Source of the DNA: an uncultured Chloroflexia bacterium
GTDB taxonomy: Bacteria > Chloroflexota > Limnocylindria > Limnocylindrales > CSP1-4
DNA: 64,000 bases
Direction of reading: 5' to 3'
NCBI GenBank assembly: GCA_963833285.1
Contig: CAWHXM010000002.1
Span: 93,446 to 157,445, forward strand
A model generated the notes under the pieces. That model worked only from the letters and a program-made list of their open reading frames with translations. It ran no database searches and was not told the origin of the DNA. The position numbers and the translations under genes are program-made. Shown here piece after piece: positions 1 to 9,224 of this stretch. Within the stretch, counting starts at the first letter, position 1, and the number at the start of each line of letters is the position of its first letter.

Positions 1-752
1 GTGCCGCCGGGCTGCGCCGACGCGCCCATGACGACGAGGTCCGCCTTCTCCGCCTCGCGCAGGATCGCGTTGCGGACGTTCGGCGCCTCGCGCACGACGG
101 CCTCACTGCGCCCGCCGATGTGCTGCTTGATGAACGAGGCGAGGGCACGCTCGGCCTGGGCCCGGACCGCGAGCGTGATGCCCGGCGGCACGAGGTGGAG
201 GACGATGACCGTCGCGTCGTGATGGCGGGCGATGGCATCGGCATAGCGCAGCGCAAGCTCGGCATGCGGCCCGCCACGGACCGGCACCAGGACCCGCCGG
301 ATCTCCTTGGATCCACGCTGCTTCACGACCGCGATGTCGCACGGCGATTCGCGCACGACCTCGTCGATCGTCGGCGAGAAGACCATCGGCCCGGTCCCGT
401 CCCGGGCCCCGGGCGCGCGGCCGCCCCAGCCGAAGATGATGAGGTCGGCCTCCTGCTCCGCCGACGCCTCGATGATGCCTTCGGCCGCATGGCGCCCGAT
501 GCGCACGATCGGATGGATCGTCGTGCCGTCCGGGGCGTAGTCGAGGACGCGCTGGAGCAGCCGGCGCGCATGCCGCGCCCGCGTCGCACCCTCGGACAGC
601 GGCATGCCCTCGGGGACCTCGACGATGCCGAGCGCCGACAGTTCGCCGGCCTTGTCGAGCATGGCGGCGCCGAGGCGGATCAGCTCCTCGGCGGTCATCG
701 GGTTGGCGACCGGGATGAGGACGCTGGCGGGGAGCGGGGACTTGGCGGCCAT
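1..752 (-). CDS. Universal stress protein, tandem UspA domains (3' end outside window)
   Basis: Absent from the ORF track because there is no stop inside the window. Reverse translation from ATG 752-750 stays open to position 3: MAAKSPLPASVLIPVANPMTAEELIRLG...EADLIIFGWGG...RRVLVPVRGGPHAELALRYA...REAEKADLVVMGASAQPGG. It shows two Usp-like halves. The ATG overlaps the upstream stop (ATGA). Confidence 0.8.
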   Translation of the reverse strand, partial: MAAKSPLPASVLIPVANPMTAEELIRLGAAMLDKAGELSALGIVEVPEGMPLSEGATRARHARRLLQRVLDYAPDGTTIHPIVRIGRHAAEGIIEASAEQEADLIIFGWGGRAPGARDGTGPMVFSPTIDEVVRESPCDIAVVKQRGSKEIRRVLVPVRGGPHAELALRYADAIARHHDATVIVLHLVPPGITLAVRAQAERALASFIKQHIGGRSEAVVREAPNVRNAILREAEKADLVVMGASAQPGG

Positions 753-2122
753 CAGGCGGATTCTCTCCAGCGCGTCTCGAGATAGGGCTTGAGCAGCTCG
801 AACTCGCGCGCCTGCCGCTCGACGCGCTCCTCCGCCTGCTCGGTGGTCACGTGCCGGTTCTCGATGACGAAGCTTGCCACGCGGCCGAAGTAGATCGGGA
901 CCAGCGCGGCGACCATCGTCTCGAGCGACGGCCGGGGGTCGCGGGCGGCCACGACGAGGTCGTACATGACCCGCGCCCAGACGTCGTCGGGGAAGTGGAA
1001 GGCGGCCACCGCATCGGCCATCTCGAGGGTCGTGGCGGTCGTTGACGCGACATCGCCACCGAGCCCAAGACGTGTCCGTGCGGCGTCCTCGAGACGGCCG
1101 GCCTCGGTCGCCAGCTCGCGGACCGTGGCCGCGGTCGCGGGCGCGAGCATCCCGGTCCACGTGTCGGCGAGGGTCAGCGACCCGGCGTGGAATTCCGACA
1201 GCAGGCGGAGCGTGTTCACGTCGAGCGGTGGCGGCTCGATCATCCGCTCGAAGCCATAGGCCGGGACGTCGTGGCTGCCACTGATCGGCAGCCACTGGTC
1301 GGCGTACCGGACGGCCAGGCGCAGGATCGTGCCCACGACCTGGCGGAACATCGGGCCGAGGTCCGAGCCAGGGTCCTTGGGGTCGTGGATCTTGGCCCCG
1401 AGCCGTGTCTGGCAGACGGCGAACCCGCCGGTCACGGCGGACGTGGTCATCCAGATGTCGATCCCGAAGCGGCTGATGTCGGGCGTCCAGTCGTCGAGTT
1501 CCAGGTAGTGGCGGACGAGGTCGCCCGACACGCCGAAGTCGCCGCCGATCGGCTGGCGGATGCGATGGCCGTAGAGCGCTCGCGTCAGCGGATAGGTGAC
1601 CGTGTTGGTGATCGTCCCGTCGTACTTGTAGCGGGCGTAGAGCGGTGCCACGAAGTCGTAGCCGCCCTTCAGGATCGGGCCGGCGAGCAGCTCGATCCAT
1701 TCCGGGACGATGGAGCGCAGGTCCGAATCGACGACGACGAGAGCCTGCACCTGGAGCGCATCGGCGATCTCGAAGATGGTGCGCAGCGCGGCGCCCTTGC
1801 CGCCGATGCCGTCGATCTCCGGATAGGTCAGGCTCACCCGTTGCAGGCGGTTGGTCGGGCGCACGAGCAGGATCTGCTCGATGTAGTCCGGCGGCTCCGT
1901 CTCGACGACGACACGTCCGGTGCCGTCCGGCGACCCGGCGTCCGAGTTGACCAGCACCGGGTGGAGGTCCGGGAAGTACTGGACGAGGCCGGCATGAGCC
2001 GCGCGCACGACATACCCGATCGTGGCGGCATTCTTGAAACTCGGGATGCCGACCATGATGTCGGCCTGTCCGAGCCGCTCGATCTCTTGGCGGATGGCCG
2101 GCGTCAGGGCGGTCTGCGGCAC
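752..2122 (-). CDS. GT-A fold glycosyltransferase (GT2-like; possibly a glycosylglycerate-type compatible-solute synthase)
   Basis: 456-aa track ORF. IMVGIPSFKNAATIGYVV near the N-terminus and the acidic VVVDSDLRSI (DxD-like) motif are typical of GT-A nucleotide-sugar transferases. The stop overlaps the USP start. The substrate guess rests only on family resemblance. Confidence 0.8.
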   Translation of the reverse strand: MPQTALTPAIRQEIERLGQADIMVGIPSFKNAATIGYVVRAAHAGLVQYFPDLHPVLVNSDAGSPDGTGRVVVETEPPDYIEQILLVRPTNRLQRVSLTYPEIDGIGGKGAALRTIFEIADALQVQALVVVDSDLRSIVPEWIELLAGPILKGGYDFVAPLYARYKYDGTITNTVTYPLTRALYGHRIRQPIGGDFGVSGDLVRHYLELDDWTPDISRFGIDIWMTTSAVTGGFAVCQTRLGAKIHDPKDPGSDLGPMFRQVVGTILRLAVRYADQWLPISGSHDVPAYGFERMIEPPPLDVNTLRLLSEFHAGSLTLADTWTGMLAPATAATVRELATEAGRLEDAARTRLGLGGDVASTTATTLEMADAVAAFHFPDDVWARVMYDLVVAARDPRPSLETMVAALVPIYFGRVASFVIENRHVTTEQAEERVERQAREFELLKPYLETRWRESA

Positions 2123-2141
2123 GAGGCCAACCGTACCACCG

Positions 2142-2843
2142 TCAGCGGCGAGGCATCCCCGTGATGACCCAGTCCGGGTTCGCGCTCCCCGGTCGATAGC
2201 GACTGTTGGCCGCCTTGAAGGTCAGGCCGTCGAAGCCCTGCGCGCGCCAGGACGCGACCCAGCGGTCGATCGGCGGCCGGATGAAGGCGCCGATCCGGAC
2301 CGCGTCCGATTCGATCACGACCGCCTCGAGGAGGCGCCGGCGCTCGAGCAGCGGGACGTCGAGGAGCGATGTCTCGTCGAGCCAGAGCAGGTCGGTTGCG
2401 ACGAACGCGATGGCATCGGCCGGATCGAACGTCTGGTCGGCGAGCGACCCCTCCTTGAGCTTGAGGGTATCGACCGCGCGGTTGCGCCGAAGGCCGACCA
2501 TGGTGCCCATCGACGGCATCTCGTCGGACCAGGCGACGACCGCGCTCGCGGTGCGTGTCGCCTGCCTGGTGATGAAGCCGTCGACGACGAGCTCGCTCGC
2601 CAGCGCCGAGGCCGCGAGCGCCTCGACGATGCCATCGAAGCCGGTCACCTGATCGCCGTCCTCGTCGACCAGGGCGACGCCGCCGGCGTCGACCGAGGCC
2701 AGCGCCCGGAGCCCCGTCCACAACGGCTCGACGATGGGATCGCGCACGTTGGACGGCGCTCCCTTGGCGTAGGTCTGCGGGCGAAGATCGGCGAGGACCT
2801 GTCGGGCGACGCCCGGTTCGGTCGGGCCTGGCTGATCCGTCAT
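2142..2843 (-). CDS. ATP-dependent DNA ligase-like nucleotidyltransferase-domain protein lacking the catalytic lysine
   Basis: 233-aa track ORF. Ligase core motifs are recognisable: motif IV-like FVATDLLWLDETSLLDVPLLERRRLLE and motif V-like DGLTFKAANSRYRPG. The motif I position reads EPLWTGLR instead of EPKxDGxR. The protein is too short for an OB domain. Confidence 0.7.
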   Translation of the reverse strand: MTDQPGPTEPGVARQVLADLRPQTYAKGAPSNVRDPIVEPLWTGLRALASVDAGGVALVDEDGDQVTGFDGIVEALAASALASELVVDGFITRQATRTASAVVAWSDEMPSMGTMVGLRRNRAVDTLKLKEGSLADQTFDPADAIAFVATDLLWLDETSLLDVPLLERRRLLEAVVIESDAVRIGAFIRPPIDRWVASWRAQGFDGLTFKAANSRYRPGSANPDWVITGMPRR

Positions 2844-2883
2844 CGGTAGATCGTACGCTCGTCGGGGGCCCTATCATCGGCCG

Positions 2884-4281
2884 GTGACGAGCGCCGCTCC
2901 GTCCCGCGGTCCCGCGTCCACGCCCGCATCGGCCCGCGGTTTCGGCGCGCTCACGCCTAGCGGTCGAGCGATCGTCCCAGCTTCCTGGGCGCTGTACGAC
3001 TTCGCCAACACGATCTTCTCGTTCGCGGTCGTGTCCGGTGCCATCGGGCTGTACCTGGTCAACGACAACCAGTTCGGAGAGCGCGACGGGAACGCCCTGC
3101 TCTCGATCGCGGTGGTGGTCAGCGTCGGGGTCAACGCGCTGGTATCGCCGATTCTTGGCGCGTTCTCTGACCGCGGGCCGGGCCGGATGCCGTTCCTGCT
3201 GTTCTTCACCGGCCTGTGCATCGGCGCCACGTTCTTCATCGCGAACGTACCCGCGATCCTCGGCCTCGTCCTGTTCATCGTGGCGAACTTTGCCTACCAG
3301 GCCGCGCTGATCTACTACGACGCGACCTTGAAGTCGGTCAGCTATCCGGCGTCGCGCGGCAAGCTGTCGGGGCTGGGGACCGGCATCGGCTATTGCGGGA
3401 CGGTCTTCGTCGGGCTGCTGATCTTCGTGCTCGACATCCCGGTGGTCGATCGCTTCCGGCTGACCGCCGTGCTGTTCCTGCTCTTCGCGATCCCGATCTT
3501 CCTGTTCGTCCGCGAACCGCGGATCGACGATCAGCGACCGATCACCGCCGCGGACATCCGCGATTCCTTCGGCCAGCTGCGGCGATCGATCGCGCACGCC
3601 CGGGCGGTGCCGGGACTCGGCCGGTTCCTCGTCGGCCGCTTCTTCTATTCCGACGCCGTGAACACGGTCATCGTCGTGATGAGCGTCGTCGTCGTGAAGA
3701 CGATGGGCCTGACCGAGGCCGATGCGAACCTCGTGCTCCTGCTACTGACGCTCGTTGCCATCGCGATGAGCTTCGTCTGGGGCTGGTTGTGCGACCGGCA
3801 GGGCCCCAAGCGGACGCTCGTGATGGTCCTCGTGTCGTGGGCGGTCGGCCTCGTGCTCGGCGGCGTGGCGATCGGCTTCGGCTCGGCCGGGATCGTGCCG
3901 TTCCTCGTCGCCGGCGCGATCCTCGGCAGCGGCCTCGGCGGCGTCCAGGTCTCCGATCGCGTGCTGATGGTGCGCCTCTCACCGCCCGACAAGATCGGCG
4001 AGTTCTTCGGGATCTACGGCCTCGTCGGCAAGGGATCGCAGGTGATCGGACAGCTGCTCTACGGCGCGATCATCTTCCTGCTCCTCGACGACCTCGGGAA
4101 CGGCGCATACCAGGTCGCGGTCCTGAGCCTGCTGGTGACGATGCTCATCGGGCTGTGGCTCATCTGGCCGGTCCGCGATGACTGGGCCGGGTCCGGGGAG
4201 GCGATGCTGGCGCCCGGCATGGGCCCGATCGCGCCGCCCCAGCGCATGGCACCGGCCGGAGCGCCGACCGAGCCGCGGTAA
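2884..4281 (+). CDS. MFS transporter, Atg22/UMF1-like family
   Basis: 465-aa ORF with a GTG start. It has about 12 hydrophobic segments, and the N-terminal SWALYDFANTIFSFAVVS motif is characteristic of Atg22-like MFS permeases. Confidence 0.85.
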   Translation: MTSAAPSRGPASTPASARGFGALTPSGRAIVPASWALYDFANTIFSFAVVSGAIGLYLVNDNQFGERDGNALLSIAVVVSVGVNALVSPILGAFSDRGPGRMPFLLFFTGLCIGATFFIANVPAILGLVLFIVANFAYQAALIYYDATLKSVSYPASRGKLSGLGTGIGYCGTVFVGLLIFVLDIPVVDRFRLTAVLFLLFAIPIFLFVREPRIDDQRPITAADIRDSFGQLRRSIAHARAVPGLGRFLVGRFFYSDAVNTVIVVMSVVVVKTMGLTEADANLVLLLLTLVAIAMSFVWGWLCDRQGPKRTLVMVLVSWAVGLVLGGVAIGFGSAGIVPFLVAGAILGSGLGGVQVSDRVLMVRLSPPDKIGEFFGIYGLVGKGSQVIGQLLYGAIIFLLLDDLGNGAYQVAVLSLLVTMLIGLWLIWPVRDDWAGSGEAMLAPGMGPIAPPQRMAPAGAPTEPR

Positions 4282-4342
4282 GTGCCCGAACCTGCGCCAC
4301 GTGCGCCGGCGTCCGACACGCACTTGCGTTGGGCCGCGCGCG

Positions 4343-5338
4343 TCAGTCGGCGTAACCCGCGGCGTGATCCTGGCGCCATCGCCAGGCGGAGCCGACCATC
4401 TCCTCCAGGCTCGGGCGGGCCGCCCGCCAGCCAAGGACCTCCGCCGCGCGTGTCGAGCGCGCGACGAGGACGGGCGGATCACCGGCACGGCGCGCACCGA
4501 CCGTGAACGGGATCGCCCGACCGACGACGGACTCGGCCACGGCGACGACTTCGCGGATCGAGAAGCCTCCGCCATTGCCGAGGTTGCAGACGAGCGGCTC
4601 GTTCGTGCGCGGATCGTCCGGCGCGGTCGCCTCGATGGCGCGGAGGTGCGCGTCCGCCAGGTCCGCGACGTGGATGTAGTCCCGGATGCAGGTGCCGTCC
4701 GCGGTCGGGTAGTCGTCACCGAAGACGGTCAGGTCGAGCCGCCCGTCGGCCGCCAGCAGGACGTTCGGGATCAGGTGCGTCTCCGGATCGTGATCCTCGC
4801 CGAACGACGGCGTGGCGCCGGCGACATTGAAATAGCGGAGCGTGACGCTGCGCAGACCGTACGCCCGGCCGTACCAGGAGAGGGCGCTTTCGAATGACCG
4901 CTTCGACTCGCCGTACGGGTTGATCGGCCGGAGCGGCGCGTCCTCCGGGATCGGGGTCGTGTCCGGGATCCCGTAGACCGCGGCCGTCGACGAGAAGACG
5001 ATCCGCCCGACACCGGTCGCGCGCGCAGCCTCCAGCAGGGCGACCCCGCCCGCCACGTTGTCGCGGAAGTACTTCGCCGGGTCCACGATCGATTCGGCGA
5101 CGAGTGAGCGCGCCGCGCAATGGAGGATGGCCTCGATCCGCTCACTCGCCAGCAGCCGGCCGACAGCGTCCGAATCGGTGTACGTGCCGACGTGAAGCGG
5201 CGCGCCGGCGGGCACCGCCGCGCGATGCCCGGTCGTCAGGTCGTCGAGGACGACCACGTCGTGGCCGGCGGCGAGGAGCGCGTCGACCGAGACCGAGCCG
5301 ACGTAGCCGGCCCCACCGGTCACCAGGATCCTCGTCAT
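4343..5338 (-). CDS. galE: UDP-glucose 4-epimerase
   Basis: 331 aa. Begins MTRILVTGGAGYVGS (Rossmann GxxGxxG) and carries the catalytic YGESK (YxxxK). Extended SDR with GalE-like length and C-terminus. Confidence 0.9.
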   Translation of the reverse strand: MTRILVTGGAGYVGSVSVDALLAAGHDVVVLDDLTTGHRAAVPAGAPLHVGTYTDSDAVGRLLASERIEAILHCAARSLVAESIVDPAKYFRDNVAGGVALLEAARATGVGRIVFSSTAAVYGIPDTTPIPEDAPLRPINPYGESKRSFESALSWYGRAYGLRSVTLRYFNVAGATPSFGEDHDPETHLIPNVLLAADGRLDLTVFGDDYPTADGTCIRDYIHVADLADAHLRAIEATAPDDPRTNEPLVCNLGNGGGFSIREVVAVAESVVGRAIPFTVGARRAGDPPVLVARSTRAAEVLGWRAARPSLEEMVGSAWRWRQDHAAGYAD

Positions 5339-5391
5339 GGACGAACCTTACGTGGTCGGCGACGGCCGCGGCCGGTCGGCGCTGCGTGCGC

Positions 5392-5976
5392 TCAGCGGTT
5401 CCGACGCAAGAGGCGATCGAGCCAGGAGCGCCTGCCAGCCGGCGGCGCGGACGCGGCCACCGGTGTCTCGGCATCGCGCGCCGGCGCGGTTTCGGGCGGC
5501 CGGGCAGGCGATGGCCCGGGGCTCAGGTTTGACTCGGGCGTGGGCCGTGCGAGCACGAAGGCGGGCGGAGGGACGGGCTCGCGCGCCGGCTCGGGCGTCG
5601 GCTCGGCCTCGCGCGTCGGCTCGGCCTCGCGCGTCAGCTCGGGCACCATCGCCTCGCGCGCCGGCTCGAGCGCGATCGATTTCGGCGCGGGCGGACGTGG
5701 TGGCGGCCGCCCGCTGTCGCGGCGATGGGCGCGCACTTCCTCGAGCCGCTGGACGAGTCGCTGGGCGGCCGAATTCTCCGGGTCGATCTCGAGTGCGCGG
5801 CGCCCGAGCTCGAGCGCCCCGTCCTCGTCGCCGCGCTCGATCGCAACGCGCGCGAGCCCGACCACCGCGATCGAGTTCCGGGGATCGGCCGCGGCGACCT
5901 GTCGGTACAGGGTCTCCGCCCGGTCCAACAGCCCGACCGACAAGGCCCGCTCGGCCTGCAGCAGCAGCTCGATCAT
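5392..5976 (-). CDS. TPR-like repeat protein with Pro/Glu-rich C-terminal tail
   Basis: Start moved to the internal ATG at 5976. [68 protein letters not shown] forms TPR-like helical hairpins. The 97 upstream codons of the track ORF look like shadow sequence. Confidence 0.6.
   Translation of the reverse strand: MIELLLQAERALSVGLLDRAETLYRQVAAADPRNSIAVVGLARVAIERGDEDGALELGRRALEIDPENSAAQRLVQRLEEVRAHRRDSGRPPPRPPAPKSIALEPAREAMVPELTREAEPTREAEPTPEPAREPVPPPAFVLARPTPESNLSPGPSPARPPETAPARDAETPVAASAPPAGRRSWLDRLLRRNR
5597..5632. repeat. Perfect 18-bp tandem duplication (gtcggctcggcctcgcgc x2, plus a degenerate third copy)
   Basis: Read directly from the sequence. It encodes the repeated TREAEP units in the tail of the TPR protein. 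Confidence 0.8.
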
Positions 5977-6109
5977 CGCTCGGCCGGGTCGTGGGTCATG
6001 CCGGCACCATAGCGCGGCGCCCGCCGCGATGGCGCGGCGCGGGCCCCGGTGGCGCGGCCCGGGCGGGACGGCGCGGCGCGCGTCCTGCGCCTGGCCCGGA
6101 CGGAACCGG

Positions 6110-7507
6110 TCAGCGGTCCTCGGTGAGTGCCGCCTGGGCGAGCAGGAGGAGCGTCGGACGCTCGTTGAGGGCCGGATCCGCGATGACGCGCTCGAGCAAC
6201 TCCTCGAGGATGCGGCCGAGGAGCGGCCCCTCGCTGAGCCCGAGCTCGTCGATGAGGTCCGTGCCATCGATCGCCAACCCCGCCCGATCGAGCACGAGAT
6301 CCGCGCGGAGCTCGGCGGCGACGCGTGTCCGGAGCTCGGTCAGGAGCCCGGCATCGGCCGGCAGGCCCGACCCGACGTTGTCCGCCTCGCGCAGGTCGAG
6401 CAGCTCGTCGAGCGTCCCATCGCCGATCGTCGCCAGCTTGCCGATGAAGCGGCGGACGGCTGCGTCGGACCAGCTCCCCTCGTAGCTGAACATGTGGTGT
6501 CGAACGAGTTCGACGACGCGATCGCGCACCGCGCGCGGTTCGTGCAATCGGTCGAGGAATATGCCGGCCAGCTCGGCGCCGACCGTGTCGTGGCCCACGA
6601 AGTGCCCGTCCGCGTAGGTCGCCGGCTTGCCGATGTCGTGGAGCAGGGCCGCCAGGCGCACGATCGGCCGGGCCGCCGGCGCGGCGTCGACCGATCGGAT
6701 CGTGTGATCCCACAGGTCCTCGCCGGGGATCTTGTTCTGGGGGATGCCCCGCTGCGCGGCCAGCTCGGGCGAGATCGAGGCCAGGACGTTCGTGGCGCTC
6801 AGCAGCCGGAGGCCGACCGACGGCGTCGTGGCGCCGAGGAGCTTGTCGAGCTCGGCGGCGATCCGCTCGCCGGACAGATGCGCGACGAGCGACGACCGGT
6901 CCGTGATGGCCGCCAGGGTGGCCGCCTCGATCTCGAAGCCGAGCGTGGTCGCGAGCCGGACGGCGCGGACCATCCGGAGCGCGTCCTCCTCGAACCGCGC
7001 CCCGGGATCGCCGACCGCGCGGAGCACCCTGGCGCCGATGTCGGATCGGCCGCCATACGGGTCGACGAGCATGGGCGACTCACCCGGCGGCGCGCCCCAG
7101 GCCATGGCATTGACCGTGAAGTCCCGCCGCGCGAGATCGACCGCGATCGTGTCGCCGAATTCGACCCGATGCGGTCGGCGGAAGTCGGCGTAGTCGTGGT
7201 CGGTCCGGAAGGTCGTGATCTCGAAGACCTCGCCATCGCGGCGCACGGCCACCGTCCCGAACCGGTTCTCGTAGACGGCGCCGGGGAACAGTTCGACGAG
7301 GCGATCCGGCCTGGCGTCCGACGCCAGGTCCCAGTCGCCCGGCACGCGTCCGAGGGCAAGGTCGCGGAGCGATCCACCGACGACGAAGGCCGCGTGGCCG
7401 GCCGTCCAAAGCGTGGCGAGCAGGTCGCGCACGGCCGCCGGGACGGCGTCCTCGAGGGCGGACGATCGCCCGGTCAGTTCCGACCCAGGAAGAGATACGT
7501 GCGCCAC
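6110..7507 (-). CDS. cca: CCA-adding tRNA nucleotidyltransferase with HD domain
   Basis: 465 aa. Contains [13 protein letters not shown] (GGxVRD), [11 protein letters not shown] and an HD motif (LLHDIGK). The start may be a few codons downstream, because 7507 overlaps the HNH gene by 34 nt. Confidence 0.9.
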   Translation of the reverse strand: MAHVSLPGSELTGRSSALEDAVPAAVRDLLATLWTAGHAAFVVGGSLRDLALGRVPGDWDLASDARPDRLVELFPGAVYENRFGTVAVRRDGEVFEITTFRTDHDYADFRRPHRVEFGDTIAVDLARRDFTVNAMAWGAPPGESPMLVDPYGGRSDIGARVLRAVGDPGARFEEDALRMVRAVRLATTLGFEIEAATLAAITDRSSLVAHLSGERIAAELDKLLGATTPSVGLRLLSATNVLASISPELAAQRGIPQNKIPGEDLWDHTIRSVDAAPAARPIVRLAALLHDIGKPATYADGHFVGHDTVGAELAGIFLDRLHEPRAVRDRVVELVRHHMFSYEGSWSDAAVRRFIGKLATIGDGTLDELLDLREADNVGSGLPADAGLLTELRTRVAAELRADLVLDRAGLAIDGTDLIDELGLSEGPLLGRILEELLERVIADPALNERPTLLLLAQAALTEDR

Positions 7508-7989
7508 GCCTCGTTGTGCTCATCGGCGAGGTACGGGGTGAACAGCGAGTAGATGTCGCTGCGCGGCTCGAATGGCGACCGGAGCAGCCGCAGACGCGCC
7601 TCCTCGAGCGTCTTGCCGCCCTTGCGGTGGTTGCATGGCTTGCACGCTGTGACGAGGTTCTCCCACGTGTGGCCGCCTCCCCGATGGCGCGGCACGACGT
7701 GGTCGAGGGTCATGTCGTGGGCCTGCCGGCCGCAGTACTGGCAGACGTGGCGATCGCGCGCGAAGACCTCGCGCCGCGACAGCTTGACCCGGGGCCGTGG
7801 CCGGCGGATGAAGTGCTGTAGCCGGATGACCGACGGCGCGCGGTATTCCGTCCGCGGCGTCCGGATCACCTGGTGGTCGTATTCGATCACTTCGGCCTTC
7901 TCGCCGAAGACCAGGCGGAAGGCGCGGGGCAGGTTGCAGACGTTGAGCGGTTCGTAGTTCTGGTTGAGAACGAGCACGACTCCGTCCAT
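7474..7989 (-). CDS. Small HNH endonuclease-family protein
   Basis: Start moved to ATG 7989 (MDGVVLVLNQNYEPLNV). HNH/zinc motif: CQYCG...LDHVVPRHRGGGHTWENLVTACKPCNHRKG. Confidence 0.85.
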   Translation of the reverse strand: MDGVVLVLNQNYEPLNVCNLPRAFRLVFGEKAEVIEYDHQVIRTPRTEYRAPSVIRLQHFIRRPRPRVKLSRREVFARDRHVCQYCGRQAHDMTLDHVVPRHRGGGHTWENLVTACKPCNHRKGGKTLEEARLRLLRSPFEPRSDIYSLFTPYLADEHNEAWRTYLFLGRN

Positions 7990-8039
7990 TTGGCGGGACG
8001 ATAGCAGGTTGTCCGGAACGTGCCCGCCTCGTGGCGTCG

Positions 8040-8966
8040 TTAGCCCCGCCCGACCGCCGCACCGGAGGCCGGATCCCACCCGCCGGCCTGGCCGACCTTG
8101 GAGGCCAGAGGCCGCCCGAGCGCCTCGGCGATGAACCGCGCCGCCGCCAGCACGCCGTCGAGCGAGACGCCCGAGACCCAGCCCGAGGCGTCGAGGAAGT
8201 ACACCAGATCCTCGGTCGCGAGGTTGCCGGCCGCCCCCGGCGCGTAGGGACAGCCGCCCGTTCCGCCGGCCGCCGAGTCGAAGCAGCGCACCCCGGCATC
8301 GAGGCCGGCCGCCACGTTGGCCAGCGCGGTCCCGCGCGTGTCATGGAAGTGGTAGGCGATACGCCCGGGCGGGATGCCGTCCTCCACCGCCAGACGGGTA
8401 AGCGTCAGGACCTGGCCCGGTACGCCCACCCCGATCGTGTCGCCGAAGCACACCTCGTCCACGCCGAGCTCCAGCAGCCGCAGCGCGACCTCGACCGCGC
8501 GCGCGGGCTCCACGTGGCCGGTGTACGGGCAGCCGAAGGCGGTCGACACATAGCCGCGGCGCCACCAGCCGAGGTCCGCGGCACGTGCCAGGACGGGCGC
8601 GAACTCGGCCAGCGACTCGGCCACGGTCATGCCGATGTTGGCCTTCGTGAAGGCGTCGCTGGCAGCGGTGAACACGGCGATGGCGTCGGCGCCGGCAGCC
8701 TCGGCGCGGGCCATCCCGCGCTCGTTGGGGACGAGCACCGGGTAGCGGACGCCGGGTTCCCGCGTGAGGCCGACGAACAACGCGTCGGCGTCGGCCAGCT
8801 GCGGGATGGCTTGCGGCGCGACGAAGCTGGTCGCCTCGATCTCGCGAAGTCCGGCCGCCGCGAGCAGGGCGATGAACCGCGCCTTGGTCGACGTCGGGAT
8901 CGCCGCCGCCTCGTTCTGGAGGCCGTCGCGGGGCCCGACCTCGTAGACCCGGACACGGTCGGTCAT
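8040..8966 (-). CDS. Hydroxymethylglutaryl-CoA lyase
   Basis: Start moved to ATG 8966 (MTDRVRVYEVGPRDGLQNE, the HMGL signature). DRE-TIM fold, with the C-terminal part containing CPYAPGAAGN. Confidence 0.9.
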   Translation of the reverse strand: MTDRVRVYEVGPRDGLQNEAAAIPTSTKARFIALLAAAGLREIEATSFVAPQAIPQLADADALFVGLTREPGVRYPVLVPNERGMARAEAAGADAIAVFTAASDAFTKANIGMTVAESLAEFAPVLARAADLGWWRRGYVSTAFGCPYTGHVEPARAVEVALRLLELGVDEVCFGDTIGVGVPGQVLTLTRLAVEDGIPPGRIAYHFHDTRGTALANVAAGLDAGVRCFDSAAGGTGGCPYAPGAAGNLATEDLVYFLDASGWVSGVSLDGVLAAARFIAEALGRPLASKVGQAGGWDPASGAAVGRG

Positions 8967-8967
8967 G

Positions 8968-9177
8968 TCAGAGGAGCGGCGGATCCATCGCCCGCTCGAT
9001 GCGAGCGACCTCGATCTCGATGCGGCCGAGCAGGTCGATCGCCGCGACATGCTCCGGGCTGCCGTGCGCCGCGGCGTTGCGCTGCCGGCGGGTCTCTCGA
9101 TGAAGGGCGAGCAGCTCGTCCCGGGTCTGGGGCAGCGGGTCGGCGGCGGGGCTCGTCGCCGTGTCGTGATGGGCCAT
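8968..9177 (-). CDS. Hypothetical small protein (69 aa)
   Basis: ATG 9177 is preceded by GGAGG 5 nt upstream. Product: MAHHDTATSPAADPLPQTRDELLALHRETRRQRNAAAHGSPEHVAAIDLLGRIEIEVARIERAMDPPLL. GC3 is high. It sits wedged between MCC alpha and HMG-CoA lyase, with its stop 1 nt from the lyase ATG. Confidence 0.55.
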   Translation of the reverse strand: MAHHDTATSPAADPLPQTRDELLALHRETRRQRNAAAHGSPEHVAAIDLLGRIEIEVARIERAMDPPLL

Positions 9178-9224
9178 GGGGACCTCCGATGAGAACGACC
9201 CGGAGCGTACCCGAAGCGGGCGGC

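Noticed and set aside
120-785. 221-aa plus-strand ORF at the window start
   Set aside because: It is antisense to the tandem-USP gene, whose translation shows canonical Usp motifs and an ATGA coupling to the upstream glycosyltransferase gene.
5120-7552. 810-aa plus-strand ORF
   Set aside because: It is antisense to galE, the TPR protein and cca, all of which carry clear catalytic motifs. Its composition is low-complexity Arg/Ala/Gly.
7474-7989. HNH endonuclease as a mobile homing element or defence gene
   Set aside because: It is a small stand-alone HNH protein with native-looking GC3. It has no intein or intron context, no flanking repeats, and no partner methylase or ATPase.
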